From NCBI GenBank assembly GCA_022824005.1, contig JAJEBG010000051.1:5143-69142 (forward strand): a stretch of DNA of 64,000 nt, written 5' to 3'. Positions 10,728 through 21,001 of the stretch are shown here, in pieces. The stretch is from Paracoccaceae bacterium. Its GTDB lineage: Bacteria; Pseudomonadota; Alphaproteobacteria; Rhodobacterales; Rhodobacteraceae. The notes below the pieces were generated by a model that saw only the letters and a list, made by a program, of their open reading frames with translations, was not told the DNA's origin and ran no database searches. A program made the translations under genes and the position numbers. Within the stretch, counting starts at the first letter, position 1, and each line of letters opens with the position of its first letter.

Positions 10728-11038
10728 ATTGAGGCTGAACGAATGAGGAATCACTTTAATCTCTCCTGAGGCAACATGATATCAAATTAAAATCGCAAAT
10801 TCAAGCAAAAACAATATCACAATTAAATTTGATCCCTTGAGGGAACATAGAGATGCATTGACGATCAAATTTTTAGAATTGATATCGAGTTAACTCGTTG
10901 TTCAAAACGAGCAAAATATTTGAAATTCCAATGATATCATGGGAGACGAGTCGCATTTGCCCCCAGTACGATAAGTCATAATCACGACCGCAGGTCTTCT
11001 ATGCATGGTCAGCGATACGGAGGCCTAGTCCACAGTGA

Positions 11039-11853
11039 TTTGTGGCCATTCACTCTCCCTCTGACGTTCCTTCAAATTCGGTGGTTGATAGTCATAACAC
11101 TGAAAATATCAAGATTAACCTCAAGGAATAAATTGAAGAGTCTAAATCTGACACTGCATCGGCCATTCAAGGCATCCCTACAGAGTCAGACGGCGCTATT
11201 TCGATCAATCTAACGAATAAATTGATAATCACTCAGTCATATACAAGATCGCACGGATTCAAGGCTGAAATTTCAGGTGAGGGAAACCGAGGCGTAATCA
11301 AAATTAAAATTGACGATTCTATCGTGGAAAAAGGCCATTATTCTTGGGGAGGATATGGCACAAATTCAGGTTTAGAAAGCGGCGGTGATATCAATATTGA
11401 TAGTCTGGGTTCGGCTCCTGTAACAATGGATAATCAGAATGCTCACGGGGTTTTTTGGCTCAAGTGGAGGTCAAGGCCGCACGGGTTTGGTTTCGGGTAA
11501 CGAGAAGTGGGCAAGATGGTTATACGGATCATGTGGGCACGCGAGTGGCTAGGCAAACGGATACCGAGAAGGCGGCGGGGCTTCGAGTGTCTTTTGTCAC
11601 GCGCCCGGGTGTGGTGGGCACGAAGGGGCTCAGCCTTGTAGGTGGTCTTGGATTTGAGAAAGTGTTGAAGGGGCAAGAAACGGCGGCGCTAGTCTCGGGG
11701 GGTACGCTTCGCTCGAACATCAATCGGAACCACTTTTTGGCGGGCGTGGACGCGCGATGGCAGCGAGATAATATGAGTATTCACGCCGATTTGAATGGAG
11801 CCTTCGCGGGCTCTGGCAATACAGCTTGGGATGTGGGGCTGACAGCAAACTAG
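11039..11853 (+). pseudogene. Decayed autotransporter-like gene (passenger-repeat plus beta-domain remnant)
   Basis: One frame reads ...SAIQGIPTESDGAISINLTNKLIITQSYTRSHGFKAEISGEGNRGVIKIKIDD... It is interrupted by an in-frame TAA at 11129-11131. A frame change then follows near the T-run at about 11450, leading into ...GLRVSF...LAGVDARWQRDNMSIHADLNGAFAGSGNTAWDVGLTAN*. There is no N-terminal signal or start. The region is AT-rich. Confidence 0.35.
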
Positions 11854-12123
11854 GCGTTTCAGTCAAACTTGTGCCGATGAGAAGAGTGTGTTGACTGACC
11901 TTGCCGGCCAGTCAGACCAAGCCTGCTCGGGTTCATTTTTTAGGCACAAAATCAATGCATCAATGGGTTTGATGAGCGACGAAATAAGTATCAGAAATGT
12001 AGGCAAGTATTTGATTAGAGCAAAACGCAGTGCCAGAAAGTATTGCCATTCGCCGCAAGGTGTCTCAAATGAAGGGGGAGTCTTTCTAGTCTCGTCCTAA
12101 TATTGGCAAGCGGGTAAGCCGAT

Positions 12124-13578
12124 TCAGTTCAATAGTTCTCTAACATCTCCATTGGCGAAGGTGATGACGCCTTTTCCAAAAGGCTTACCATGCTTAAATT
12201 CACCGACATAGACATCGCCATTGGCGTAGTGAGCCGTACCTTTTCCATTGGCAATTCCATCAAGCCAATCACCAAAGTAGAAATAGCCGTCCGCGCCCTT
12301 AAGTGAACCTTGCCCATTACGTTGTCCGTCCCTGAACAAACCATCAAAGATTTTCCCATCAGGAAAAGTCTCGATTCCGAAACCTTGTTTGACTCCTTTT
12401 TCCCATTGGCCTTCGTAGACATAACCGTTGGGTAACGTGAGTCGACCCCATCCATCAAACAAGGAATGAGAAAATCCACCCGAATACTCGCTGCCATTTG
12501 AGAGTCGGGCATAGCCCTGACCGCTGATTTGGTTTTCAACCCACGTGGCTTCAAAATATGACCCATCGGCCGCGTTCAAACGGCCCATACCATGCCGCAA
12601 CCCATTGACAAATTCGCCCTCAAAACTCTCGCCATCAGGTTTTTTGAGAATCCCTTGACCATGGAACAATCCTTCTGCCCATTGCCCCTCATACTTGATA
12701 CCATCGGCTTGAAGGAGCGTTCCCACACCGTTCATCACAGACGACTCAAACTCGCCCCGATAAGTTGAGCCATCAGCAAATTTTGCCTCGCCATGACCGA
12801 ACAATTCTCCGCGCCGCCAATGTCCAGCTAAACGGTGCCCTTGCCTCGTGACACATTGACCCTGACCGTTTAACCAACCGTTGACAAATGACCCTTCGCA
12901 ACTTGTATCGTCGGGTGCTGAATACTGGCCAATGCCTGTGAACTGCCCATTTTCCCACTCACCCGTCATGACCAATCCATCGCCACGAGTGAGTTGTCCG
13001 AGCCCGGTCACTGAACCATCAAAAAACTGACCCAAAAAGACCGTTTTGTCTGACAAGGTTACCTGGCCCTTGCCATGCGGCTTTCCCTCCTTCCAAAGCC
13101 CTTGATACTGGTACCCGGAAGGCCGACGCAGTTGCCCCGATCCATGACTCTTGCCATCCAGAAACATACCCGAATATTGTGTGCCGTCGGGATAGTTCAA
13201 TATCCCTTCACCCTCAAATCGATTGGACTTCCATTCTCCCACGTATGAGAGGCCATCTACAAAAACGATGATCCCGACTCCGTCCGCCATGCCATCAACA
13301 AATTCACCTTGATAGGTGCTTCCGTCAGGAAATGTCGCCTTACCGATGCCGTTCGGCACGCCGGTATCCCATTCTCCTTGGTAGGAAAAACCACTAGGAA
13401 GTTGAATAGCTCCCATGCCATGCAACTGACCATTCTCAAAATCACCGGAATAGAAGGGTAGGACCGCCGGCGTTTCAGAGGCATGAGCGGCATAGAATCC
13501 ACCGACCAAAACCATCAGCGATAAAGCCATGCGGCACTTATAGGTCACTTTTCTATTCGTCAATTTTACCATCTCCAT
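12124..13578 (-). CDS. Secreted MORN-repeat protein (about 19 tandem 23-aa MORN units behind a signal peptide)
   Basis: N-terminus ...KCRMALSLMVLVGGFYAAHA/SE looks like a signal peptide. The rest is uninterrupted YxGxWxxGxxxGxGxxxxxxG repeats, for example YQGEWDTGVPNGIGKATFPDGST. Confidence 0.8.
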   Translation of the reverse strand: MEMVKLTNRKVTYKCRMALSLMVLVGGFYAAHASETPAVLPFYSGDFENGQLHGMGAIQLPSGFSYQGEWDTGVPNGIGKATFPDGSTYQGEFVDGMADGVGIIVFVDGLSYVGEWKSNRFEGEGILNYPDGTQYSGMFLDGKSHGSGQLRRPSGYQYQGLWKEGKPHGKGQVTLSDKTVFLGQFFDGSVTGLGQLTRGDGLVMTGEWENGQFTGIGQYSAPDDTSCEGSFVNGWLNGQGQCVTRQGHRLAGHWRRGELFGHGEAKFADGSTYRGEFESSVMNGVGTLLQADGIKYEGQWAEGLFHGQGILKKPDGESFEGEFVNGLRHGMGRLNAADGSYFEATWVENQISGQGYARLSNGSEYSGGFSHSLFDGWGRLTLPNGYVYEGQWEKGVKQGFGIETFPDGKIFDGLFRDGQRNGQGSLKGADGYFYFGDWLDGIANGKGTAHYANGDVYVGEFKHGKPFGKGVITFANGDVRELLN

Positions 13579-13897
13579 GTTACCAAAATGGCATCAATAT
13601 CATAGTGACAACAATCGAATTTTGGAAGTGTTCCGTTGGGAGGGCTCAAATGAGTTTTTTCGATGGGTCTCGACATTTAACACAAGACATCGATATCGAA
13701 TAAACTTACTAAGAGACGTAAGACGAATGATCTATGAGACCAGAGTCTGGTGAGTGGCACTTGCAATCACATGATGACTTTGCAAATGTCGGAAGTTAAT
13801 GTGTCAGTTGGCGGCGATATCATGAGTTGTCATTCCTCGTTGGTGTCTCTCAATGACCAGCATCAATAAGTCCGCAGACATAAAAGGCAGAGAATCA

Positions 13898-14338
13898 ATG
13901 GCTTATTTTCGGTTTAAGTGTGGAAAGGTCATAATCACATCCGAAGGGTCTGAAGATTTTCTTGAACATGTGCTTCCAAAACTGGTGTCTGATATCGGCG
14001 AGCAGGTCAGAGATATGGCTGAAGATGTTTCGATTCCCGATGGGGTTGACGGTCAAGAGAGTTTGAAGACCTTCGTTTCTCGGCAATCCGAAGACACTCA
14101 AGTCAGCCGTTTCTTGGCGGCCGCGGCATGGCTGCAGGTTCATCAGTCGGGAAGACTCACAACAACGGCCGTCGCTCATGCATTGAGAGAGTCGAAACTG
14201 CCAAAGCTCAACAACGCATCCGATAGTCTGAACCGCAATATTGATAAGGGTTTTTGTGAACGGCGTAACAATAAAGGGCCCGAATTTTTTGTCACTCCTG
14301 AGGGATTGAAGGAGGTTGGGCTTGACGGAGTCATTTAA
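13898..14338 (+). CDS. Hypothetical protein (orphan); possible C-terminal winged-helix-like segment
   Basis: ORF track gives 13853..14338. I prefer ATG 13898 (MAYFRFKCGK...) because AAGG lies about 10 nt upstream. There is an acidic linker. The 3' end overlaps nadE by 23 nt. No motif recognised. Confidence 0.45.
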   Translation: MAYFRFKCGKVIITSEGSEDFLEHVLPKLVSDIGEQVRDMAEDVSIPDGVDGQESLKTFVSRQSEDTQVSRFLAAAAWLQVHQSGRLTTTAVAHALRESKLPKLNNASDSLNRNIDKGFCERRNNKGPEFFVTPEGLKEVGLDGVI

Positions 14339-15983
14339 TCTCACTCTTGTACAAAAAGGTCCGACTGTTGGGGCACTCGACAAGAATGCTGACACTATTA
14401 TAGCTGAATGGCACCAAGCCAAGCATCACTCACCCGATCTTGTAGCGTTTCCTGAACTTTTTCTGTCGGGTTATCCGGTCCAAGACTTGGTGCTAAAACC
14501 CGCCTTTGTTGAAGCCTGCCGCCATCGTGTCGAACAAATCGCCGCTTCCTGCCAAAATGGGCCAATGCTTGGGTTCGGTGCTCCGAGTATTGTTGACGGA
14601 AAACTGCACAACGCCTATTTTTTTGTGCAGCACGGCAAGATTAGGGCCGAAATCCAAAAACATCAGCTACCGAATACCGAAGTGTTTGATGAAATGCGAC
14701 AATTCGAGCCCGCACAGATTTCAGGCCCTGTGCAGATTGGAGCGGCGCGTATCGGCCTCGCCATCTGTCAGGATGCTTGGTCGCCAGATGTTTGTGAAGC
14801 GCAGGCGGAGTCGGGTGCTGACATTTTCTTGGTGGTGAATGGCTCTCCTTACTATCGGGGCAAAATGGACGATCGTGTGATGCAGATGGTGGGACGGGTC
14901 ATTGAGACCCAACGCCCGTTGGCCTACCTCAATATGGTCGGGGGGCAAGATGACCAAGTTTTTGATGGAGGGTCATTTGTTCTTAATTCTGATGGTGCCC
15001 TCAGGGTTCAGTTGCCGGTTTTTGATGACATCGTTGAAACAGTTCGTTTTGAGCGAGAGGCTGAGATTTGGAAGGCCGATAAAGGCTCACTCAATATCCT
15101 GCCCGATGATTGGGAGCAGGACTATCAAGCGATGGTTGAGGGGGTACGTGATTTTTTGGGCAAGAATGGTTTCTCGCGTGCCGTTGTTGGACTTTCGGGA
15201 GGTGTTGACAGCGCCCTCGTAGCGGCCATCGCGACCGACGCGCTCGGCGGTGAAAATGTTCATTGTGTGATGTTGCCATCGCAATTTACATCGCAGGAAT
15301 CGCGTCGCGATGCGGCCCATCTCGCGGCCAATTTGGGTTGCCGATTTGATACGTTGAGGATTGACCGGCTCCATACTCACGTCGAATCTGAGCTTGCCGA
15401 GACATTTTCAGAGAACCTCTTGGCCGTGACCCAAGAGAATATTCAATCAAGGCTCAGAGCCGTTCTGTTGATGGCCATCTCCAATCAATTCAATCAATTG
15501 TTGTTGGCAACAAGCAACAAATCGGAAGCGGCTGTCGGTTATTCGACGATATATGGGGATATGGCCGGTGCCTATAATCCGATCAAGGATTTATACAAAA
15601 CGCGAGTCTTTGAAACCTGTCGATGGCGAAATCAAAATCATCGGCCGTGGATGAAAGGAGTGACAGGAATTTGTGTTCCCGATCAAATTCTCAAAAAGCC
15701 TCCATCAGCCGAATTGCGCCCGAATCAACGTGATACTGACAGTCTGCCCCCATACGATGTCCTCGATGAGATCCTTGAACTTCTGATTGACCAAGACAAA
15801 TCAGTTGAGGAAGTCAGAGAAGCGGGTTTTAATCTCAAGATGGTGACAAAAGTGGAACGGCTAATCTATGGCTCCGAGCACAAGCGATTCCAGTCACCGC
15901 CAGGAGTGAAACTTACAAAGCGAGCTTTATGGCTTGACCGACGCTATCCGATCGTCAACCAATGGCGAGACAGCCGTCATTAA
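14316..15983 (+). CDS. nadE: Glutamine-dependent NAD+ synthetase
   Basis: 555 aa with an N-terminal nitrilase/CN-hydrolase domain and a C-terminal NAD synthetase domain carrying the SGGVDSALVAAIA PP-loop. Confidence 0.93.
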   Translation: MGLTESFNLTLVQKGPTVGALDKNADTIIAEWHQAKHHSPDLVAFPELFLSGYPVQDLVLKPAFVEACRHRVEQIAASCQNGPMLGFGAPSIVDGKLHNAYFFVQHGKIRAEIQKHQLPNTEVFDEMRQFEPAQISGPVQIGAARIGLAICQDAWSPDVCEAQAESGADIFLVVNGSPYYRGKMDDRVMQMVGRVIETQRPLAYLNMVGGQDDQVFDGGSFVLNSDGALRVQLPVFDDIVETVRFEREAEIWKADKGSLNILPDDWEQDYQAMVEGVRDFLGKNGFSRAVVGLSGGVDSALVAAIATDALGGENVHCVMLPSQFTSQESRRDAAHLAANLGCRFDTLRIDRLHTHVESELAETFSENLLAVTQENIQSRLRAVLLMAISNQFNQLLLATSNKSEAAVGYSTIYGDMAGAYNPIKDLYKTRVFETCRWRNQNHRPWMKGVTGICVPDQILKKPPSAELRPNQRDTDSLPPYDVLDEILELLIDQDKSVEEVREAGFNLKMVTKVERLIYGSEHKRFQSPPGVKLTKRALWLDRRYPIVNQWRDSRH

Positions 15984-16178
15984 ATTTCATTTTAAGGACC
16001 GACTATTTCACGCATAATCAATATATTACAAGGGATATATGAAAAATTGTACCCTTGTCAACTTGTCCGATTCTTGGCCTTATTTTCTCACTCGGGTGAG
16101 GGATGACTTGTCAGAAAGTTCGACCCATTCTAGGAATGTCCTTGGGTTGGCATAGGCTCAATGAAAGTTAGGAACTGA

Positions 16179-17531
16179 ATGATAAAGACCCGATTTGCCC
16201 CGTCCCCAACCGGTCACCTTCATGTTGGTAATTTGCGGACAGCCCTATTTAATTTTCTACTCGCTTTGAAATCTCAAGGCACTTTTATTTTGCGTTTAGA
16301 TGATACCGACACTGAGCGTTCAAAGCAGGAATTCATCGATTCCATCCAATTTGATTTGGAATGGTTGGGCATACACTGGACGCGCGTGGAGCGTCAATCA
16401 AAGCGGTTAGAACTCTACCGTGAGGCGGCGGAAAAACTGCGCCAAAAAGGTCAATTATATGAGTGTTTCGAGACTCAAAGTGAACTGGCCTTACGCCGAA
16501 AAACCCTCCTCAACATGGGCAAACCGCCGATTTACGATCGCGGCGCTCTGGCGTTGACGGAGGATGAAAGAGAGAAGAGGCGCTCTCAAACTCCCGGTTA
16601 CTGGCGTTATATGCTGAACGGGCAACGCATCAATTGGGTAGATGGGATTCAAGGGGCAATATCAATTGACACCTCAAGTCTTTCGGATCCGGTTCTTATT
16701 CGTGCCGATGGGCTTTGTCTCTACACACTGGCTTCGGTCGTTGATGATGTGGAAATGGGTATTACAGATGTCGTTCGGGGGGCCGACCATATCACCAACA
16801 CGGCGGTTCAAATTCAGTTGATGAGCCAACTCAATCATCCGCATCCGAGATTCGTGCACCATTCGCTCTTGACGGGGCCAAGGGGTGAGCCGCTGGCCAA
16901 GAGATTAGGCGCCTTGTCCATTCGTGATCTTCGTGAACAAGGAATAGAACCCATGGCTTTGCTATCCCTGTTGACATTTTCAGGTTCTCGGCAGGATCTC
17001 AAAATGGGCTCAAATCTTGAAGACCTCGCTAGTTATTTTGATCTCCCCAACTTCAGCACAGCCCCTGTCAAATTTAACGAAAGTGATCTCAATGACCTGA
17101 CTTCCCAATGCCTCGCGCAAATGCCCTTTTCGGCCATCAAGGATTTGTTGGAGGAATACAAAATTCCGGCACATCTGGCACAAAATTTTTGGCACACCCT
17201 GCGCGCCAATCTCAATCAGCGCAAGGACTTGCACGATTGGTGGAAAATTCTGCGCGATGGCGCGGTGCCTCTCGTTAGTAAGGATGATTTAGATTTTGTG
17301 CGGCAAGCCTTCTCACTCTTGAAATCTCCCCCCTATGATCAAGAGACATGGAGCCAATGGACAAAATTGGTCAGTCACGCGACGAGCCGCAAGGGCAAAG
17401 GCCTCTACATGCCGCTTCGCAAAGCCTTAACAGGCCGCGCACAAGGGCCAGAAATGAATAATCTTATGCCCTTAATTCAGAAAGTGACACGTGAGTTTGA
17501 GGTGAGTGACGGTGAGCCCCAAAAGGATTAA
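16179..17531 (+). CDS. gltX: Glutamate--tRNA ligase (short alphaproteobacterial-type paralogue)
   Basis: 450 aa with the HIGH motif (PSPTGHLHVGN) and RLDDTD. The KMSKS position reads PLAKR. A C-terminal anticodon-binding region is present. Confidence 0.88.
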   Translation: MIKTRFAPSPTGHLHVGNLRTALFNFLLALKSQGTFILRLDDTDTERSKQEFIDSIQFDLEWLGIHWTRVERQSKRLELYREAAEKLRQKGQLYECFETQSELALRRKTLLNMGKPPIYDRGALALTEDEREKRRSQTPGYWRYMLNGQRINWVDGIQGAISIDTSSLSDPVLIRADGLCLYTLASVVDDVEMGITDVVRGADHITNTAVQIQLMSQLNHPHPRFVHHSLLTGPRGEPLAKRLGALSIRDLREQGIEPMALLSLLTFSGSRQDLKMGSNLEDLASYFDLPNFSTAPVKFNESDLNDLTSQCLAQMPFSAIKDLLEEYKIPAHLAQNFWHTLRANLNQRKDLHDWWKILRDGAVPLVSKDDLDFVRQAFSLLKSPPYDQETWSQWTKLVSHATSRKGKGLYMPLRKALTGRAQGPEMNNLMPLIQKVTREFEVSDGEPQKD

Positions 17532-17618
17532 CCCTCTCATTGATCATACCTAAGTCCTTGAAAGGGCGAGGAAAGCGGCATTTTATGATCTAATGTCTGA
17601 TGACCAAAATGGCGTCGA

Positions 17619-18323
17619 ATGAAGAAAACAAAAAAATCAGGTCGCGGTGAGCGCGCATTGAGAGTTCGCGTCAAGACCGCAAGGGGAAGAAAAACCGGCT
17701 CAACCCGCTGGTTAGAGCGACAGTTGAATGATCCCTATGTGAGACGAGCACGCCGCGAGGGTTGGCGCTCCCGCGCCGCTTTCAAATTACTCGAAATCGA
17801 CGAAAAATTCCGATTGTTGCGACCCGGTCTGACTGTTCTGGATTTGGGTTGTGCACCGGGTGGATGGTGCCAAGTCGCGGTCGCGGCGGTCAATGCGTTG
17901 AATGATCAATCAGCGAGGCCTGTCGGTCGGGTTGTGGGAGTCGATCTTTTGTCCACCGAACCAGTGCCAGGTGCCGAAATAGTTCAAATGGATTTTTTAG
18001 CCGATGATGCCGATACCCGATTGACATCAATCCTTGGAAGAAGAGCTGATGTCATCCTGTCAGATATGGCCGCGCCTATGGTCGGACACCAACAGACCGA
18101 TCATCGTCGCACCATGGCTTTGGCCGAGGCGGTTTTTTGTTTTGCTGAAGGGGTTCTATCGACAGGGGGAGCTGTCGTGACCAAGACGCTGTCGGGCGGG
18201 GCTCCACCAGAGGTGCAACAAGCCCTGAAGAGAAGATTCGACTCCGTCCGCCATGTCAAACCTCCGGCGAGCCGGATGGAAAGCTCTGAGAGATATTTAG
18301 TGGCGCAAGGATGGTGCCAATAA
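17619..18323 (+). CDS. rlmE: 23S rRNA (uridine2552-2'-O)-methyltransferase RlmE/FtsJ
   Basis: [34 protein letters not shown] and the SAM motif [11 protein letters not shown]. Confidence 0.93.
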   Translation: MKKTKKSGRGERALRVRVKTARGRKTGSTRWLERQLNDPYVRRARREGWRSRAAFKLLEIDEKFRLLRPGLTVLDLGCAPGGWCQVAVAAVNALNDQSARPVGRVVGVDLLSTEPVPGAEIVQMDFLADDADTRLTSILGRRADVILSDMAAPMVGHQQTDHRRTMALAEAVFCFAEGVLSTGGAVVTKTLSGGAPPEVQQALKRRFDSVRHVKPPASRMESSERYLVAQGWCQ

Positions 18324-18583
18324 AGGATAGATTTCTCCCAAAATTGAGGTCTCGCCACGGGTCATTTGGGAATTCCAATAACCGCTCTTCTATATGATTT
18401 CTCGCTCGCTCAGTTTGCCGGCGATAGGGAACAGGCTCGTCCTTATTCCTTTTTGCGGTGTGAGTGACCGCTGCACTATTCTCCATATCGTGCTTGATTC
18501 ATAGTGATAAGGCATTCAGAGAGATTGCTTTGGGATGATTCATGGGTTATTCTCTCATGGTGGTCAATAAATGAGAGGTCAAG

Positions 18584-19429
18584 ATGGTAAGCAGAATTGC
18601 TTCACGTCACTTAGGTGACTTTGAAATTGTCGTGATGAAGGACGGGGGAGCCGAATTTGATCACGAGGTGTTTCCAGATCAGGAAGAAAGTCGAATCAAC
18701 GACCTTCTCATTTCAGCGGGTAAGGGCAAGATCGAAACAAATTTCCATGCCGTTTTGTTACGCCGCAAAAAGCAATGCATTCTCATTGATGCCGGAGCTC
18801 GGGAGTTTTTTGGCCCCGGTGGCGGTCAATTCCCGCTGGCCATGGAAGAGGCCAATCTTGACGCCGATGATGTCGATATCCTTGTTGTGACACACCTACA
18901 TCCTGACCATATCGGGGGGATGATCAAAGAGAATGGCGAGGCGGTTTTTCCAAAAGCGGAAATGGTTGTGACAGACAAAGAATACGCCTTTTGGACCGAT
19001 GACAGCAATTTTTTAAGTGCTGATGACCATAAGAAATCCTGGCGCGAGATCGCGCTGTCGGTTCTCAAGAGTTATGGCGAACGAGTCAGTGTCGTCCGCC
19101 CTGATACCGGAATTGTACCGAATGTTTCCTTCGTTGATATGCCTGGCCATACCGCTGGACATGCTGGAGTTCGGGTCGATTCGGCTGGCAAGATGTTCAT
19201 TCACACGGCAGATATTTTGCATGCACCGGATCTACAACTCGCTGATCCTGAGATATCAGCGGTTTTTGATACCGATAAAACAGCCGCCATTGCGACACGA
19301 AAACGTATCCTCGACATGATCGCACATGACCATATCCTTTTTACGGGATCGCATTTTTTGAATTGCCAAATCGGTTATCTGGAGAAATCAGGCAATGGAT
19401 ATCGTTTGAGTGAATCGGAAGAGGGATGA
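18584..19429 (+). CDS. MBL-fold metallo-hydrolase
   Basis: 281 aa with the THLHPDHIGG metal-binding motif and downstream His/Asp ligands (GHTAGH). Confidence 0.8.
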   Translation: MVSRIASRHLGDFEIVVMKDGGAEFDHEVFPDQEESRINDLLISAGKGKIETNFHAVLLRRKKQCILIDAGAREFFGPGGGQFPLAMEEANLDADDVDILVVTHLHPDHIGGMIKENGEAVFPKAEMVVTDKEYAFWTDDSNFLSADDHKKSWREIALSVLKSYGERVSVVRPDTGIVPNVSFVDMPGHTAGHAGVRVDSAGKMFIHTADILHAPDLQLADPEISAVFDTDKTAAIATRKRILDMIAHDHILFTGSHFLNCQIGYLEKSGNGYRLSESEEG

Positions 19430-19664
19430 CGGTCCAGACTTGACTTGGATGGCCGGATTGTCGACTTCGGGTCAGAAAAAATTGGCCAACCATCGGCAAT
19501 TTTTGTCCGCCATTAGAAGCCAAGATTGATCGCATAAAGGCCGCAATGATTGCGCCTAAACGACGCTTATCGGCCCTGTATCGTTGATGACTTGTCGGCA
19601 TGTGATCCATTGAAAAGCCAACAAAATTATGTCAGGACAGACCATCAATTCAGAAAGATAATCA

Positions 19665-20705
19665 ATGGATAAACTCAAAGCGTTGGAATCGGCGTTAGGT
19701 CAGATTGAGCGTAACTTTGGCAAGGGTTCAATTATGCGCCTCGGCCAAGAACAAGCGGTATTGAATGTTGAATCGGTATCAACAGGGTCACTCGGACTTG
19801 ATATTGCTCTCGGGATAGGGGGGCTTCCAAAAGGTCGTGTCATTGAAGTCTACGGTCCTGAATCGTCAGGTAAGACAACACTGGCCTTGCATGTGGTGGC
19901 CGAACAACAAGCGGCGGGCGGTATTTGTGCATTTGTCGATGCCGAACATGCGCTTGATCCAGGATACGCCAAAAAGCTCGGTGTGGACTTGGATGAACTT
20001 CTCATTTCCCAACCCGATACCGGTGAGCAGGCGCTGGAAATCACCGACACTCTTGTGCGGTCAGGCGCGGTATCGATCGTTGTCGTCGATTCAGTCGCGG
20101 CTCTGACGCCAAAGTCCGAACTTGAAGGAGAGATGGGCGACTCCCAAGTCGGTACACAAGCAAGACTGATGAGCCAAGCGATGCGAAAACTGACGAGTTC
20201 CATCAGCCGCTCCAACTGTATGGTGATTTTTATCAACCAGATTCGTATGAAGATTGGCGTGATGTTTGGCTCGCCAGAAACCACCACAGGCGGCAATGCG
20301 CTTAAATTTTATTCTTCTGTCAGACTAGATATTCGTCGAATTGGTGCCATCAAGAGTCGCGACGAAGTGCTCGGCAACGCCACCCGTGTCAAGGTCGTTA
20401 AGAATAAGATGGCCCCACCATTTAAGGTGGCTGAGTTCGATATTTTGTATGGAACCGGCATTTCCAAATCGGGTGAACTCATTGACCTCGGTGTGAAGGA
20501 AGGGTTCATCGAAAAGGCTGGCTCATGGTTCTCCTATGGTGATGAACGGATTGGTCAGGGGCGAATCAATGCCATGTCCTTTTTAGAGGAAAATTCCCCG
20601 ATCGCGCAGGAAATTGAAACCAAAATTCGCGAGGCCCACGAGCTGCCAGTGAGAGAAATACCAACTGAAAACAAGGCGTCGAAGAACGGCTCCGTGAAGT
20701 CGTGA
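19665..20705 (+). CDS. recA: Recombinase RecA
   Basis: 346 aa with Walker [13 protein letters not shown] and canonical RecA sequence throughout. Confidence 0.98.
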   Translation: MDKLKALESALGQIERNFGKGSIMRLGQEQAVLNVESVSTGSLGLDIALGIGGLPKGRVIEVYGPESSGKTTLALHVVAEQQAAGGICAFVDAEHALDPGYAKKLGVDLDELLISQPDTGEQALEITDTLVRSGAVSIVVVDSVAALTPKSELEGEMGDSQVGTQARLMSQAMRKLTSSISRSNCMVIFINQIRMKIGVMFGSPETTTGGNALKFYSSVRLDIRRIGAIKSRDEVLGNATRVKVVKNKMAPPFKVAEFDILYGTGISKSGELIDLGVKEGFIEKAGSWFSYGDERIGQGRINAMSFLEENSPIAQEIETKIREAHELPVREIPTENKASKNGSVKS

Positions 20706-21001
20706 GAGAAGAGTCAGCAGAACTTTGACACTCTCTTGGGTCGAGGACGTCGCAATTGATAAATGGAGCCGTCTCTTTTTTGTGATGGCTCGGGTCATCA
20801 GATTTTGCCATGCGATCTTGCCTCTCTTGGGCAAAGGATAAAGAGGCTTTATGGGTAACCTGGTGTGGCGGCCTAATCAGTTGATATTCCTTCCTCGTGG
20901 CGGTCACTTTAGATGATTTGTCGTCTTTGGCGGGTTGAGTATAGGATGGGGGTTGAGTGTGGTAGGTTGAGAATTTTCAACAATCGTGAGATGAATGTCA
21001 C

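Noticed and set aside
13755-13765. Sigma-54-like TGGCAC followed by TTGCA in the MORN/hypothetical divergent region.
   Set aside because: The two elements are directly adjacent rather than separated by the required 5 nt (GG to GC spacing is 7 instead of 12). It is therefore not a -24/-12 promoter.
13895-14422. Long antisense or out-of-frame ORFs in the track. Examples are 13895-14422, 12129-12566, 22409-22951, 29124-29510, 54249-54656, 55372-55818, 56792-57181 and 62508-62972.
   Set aside because: All lie inside well-supported genes on the other strand or in another frame. They have Arg/Ser/Pro-rich or low-complexity translations typical of shadow ORFs.
19430-19664. Looked for an alphaproteobacterial SOS box (GTTC-N7-GTTC / GAAC-N7-GAAC) upstream of recA.
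   Set aside because: No GTTC or GAAC direct-repeat pair is present in the 235-nt upstream region, so no LexA site is claimed.
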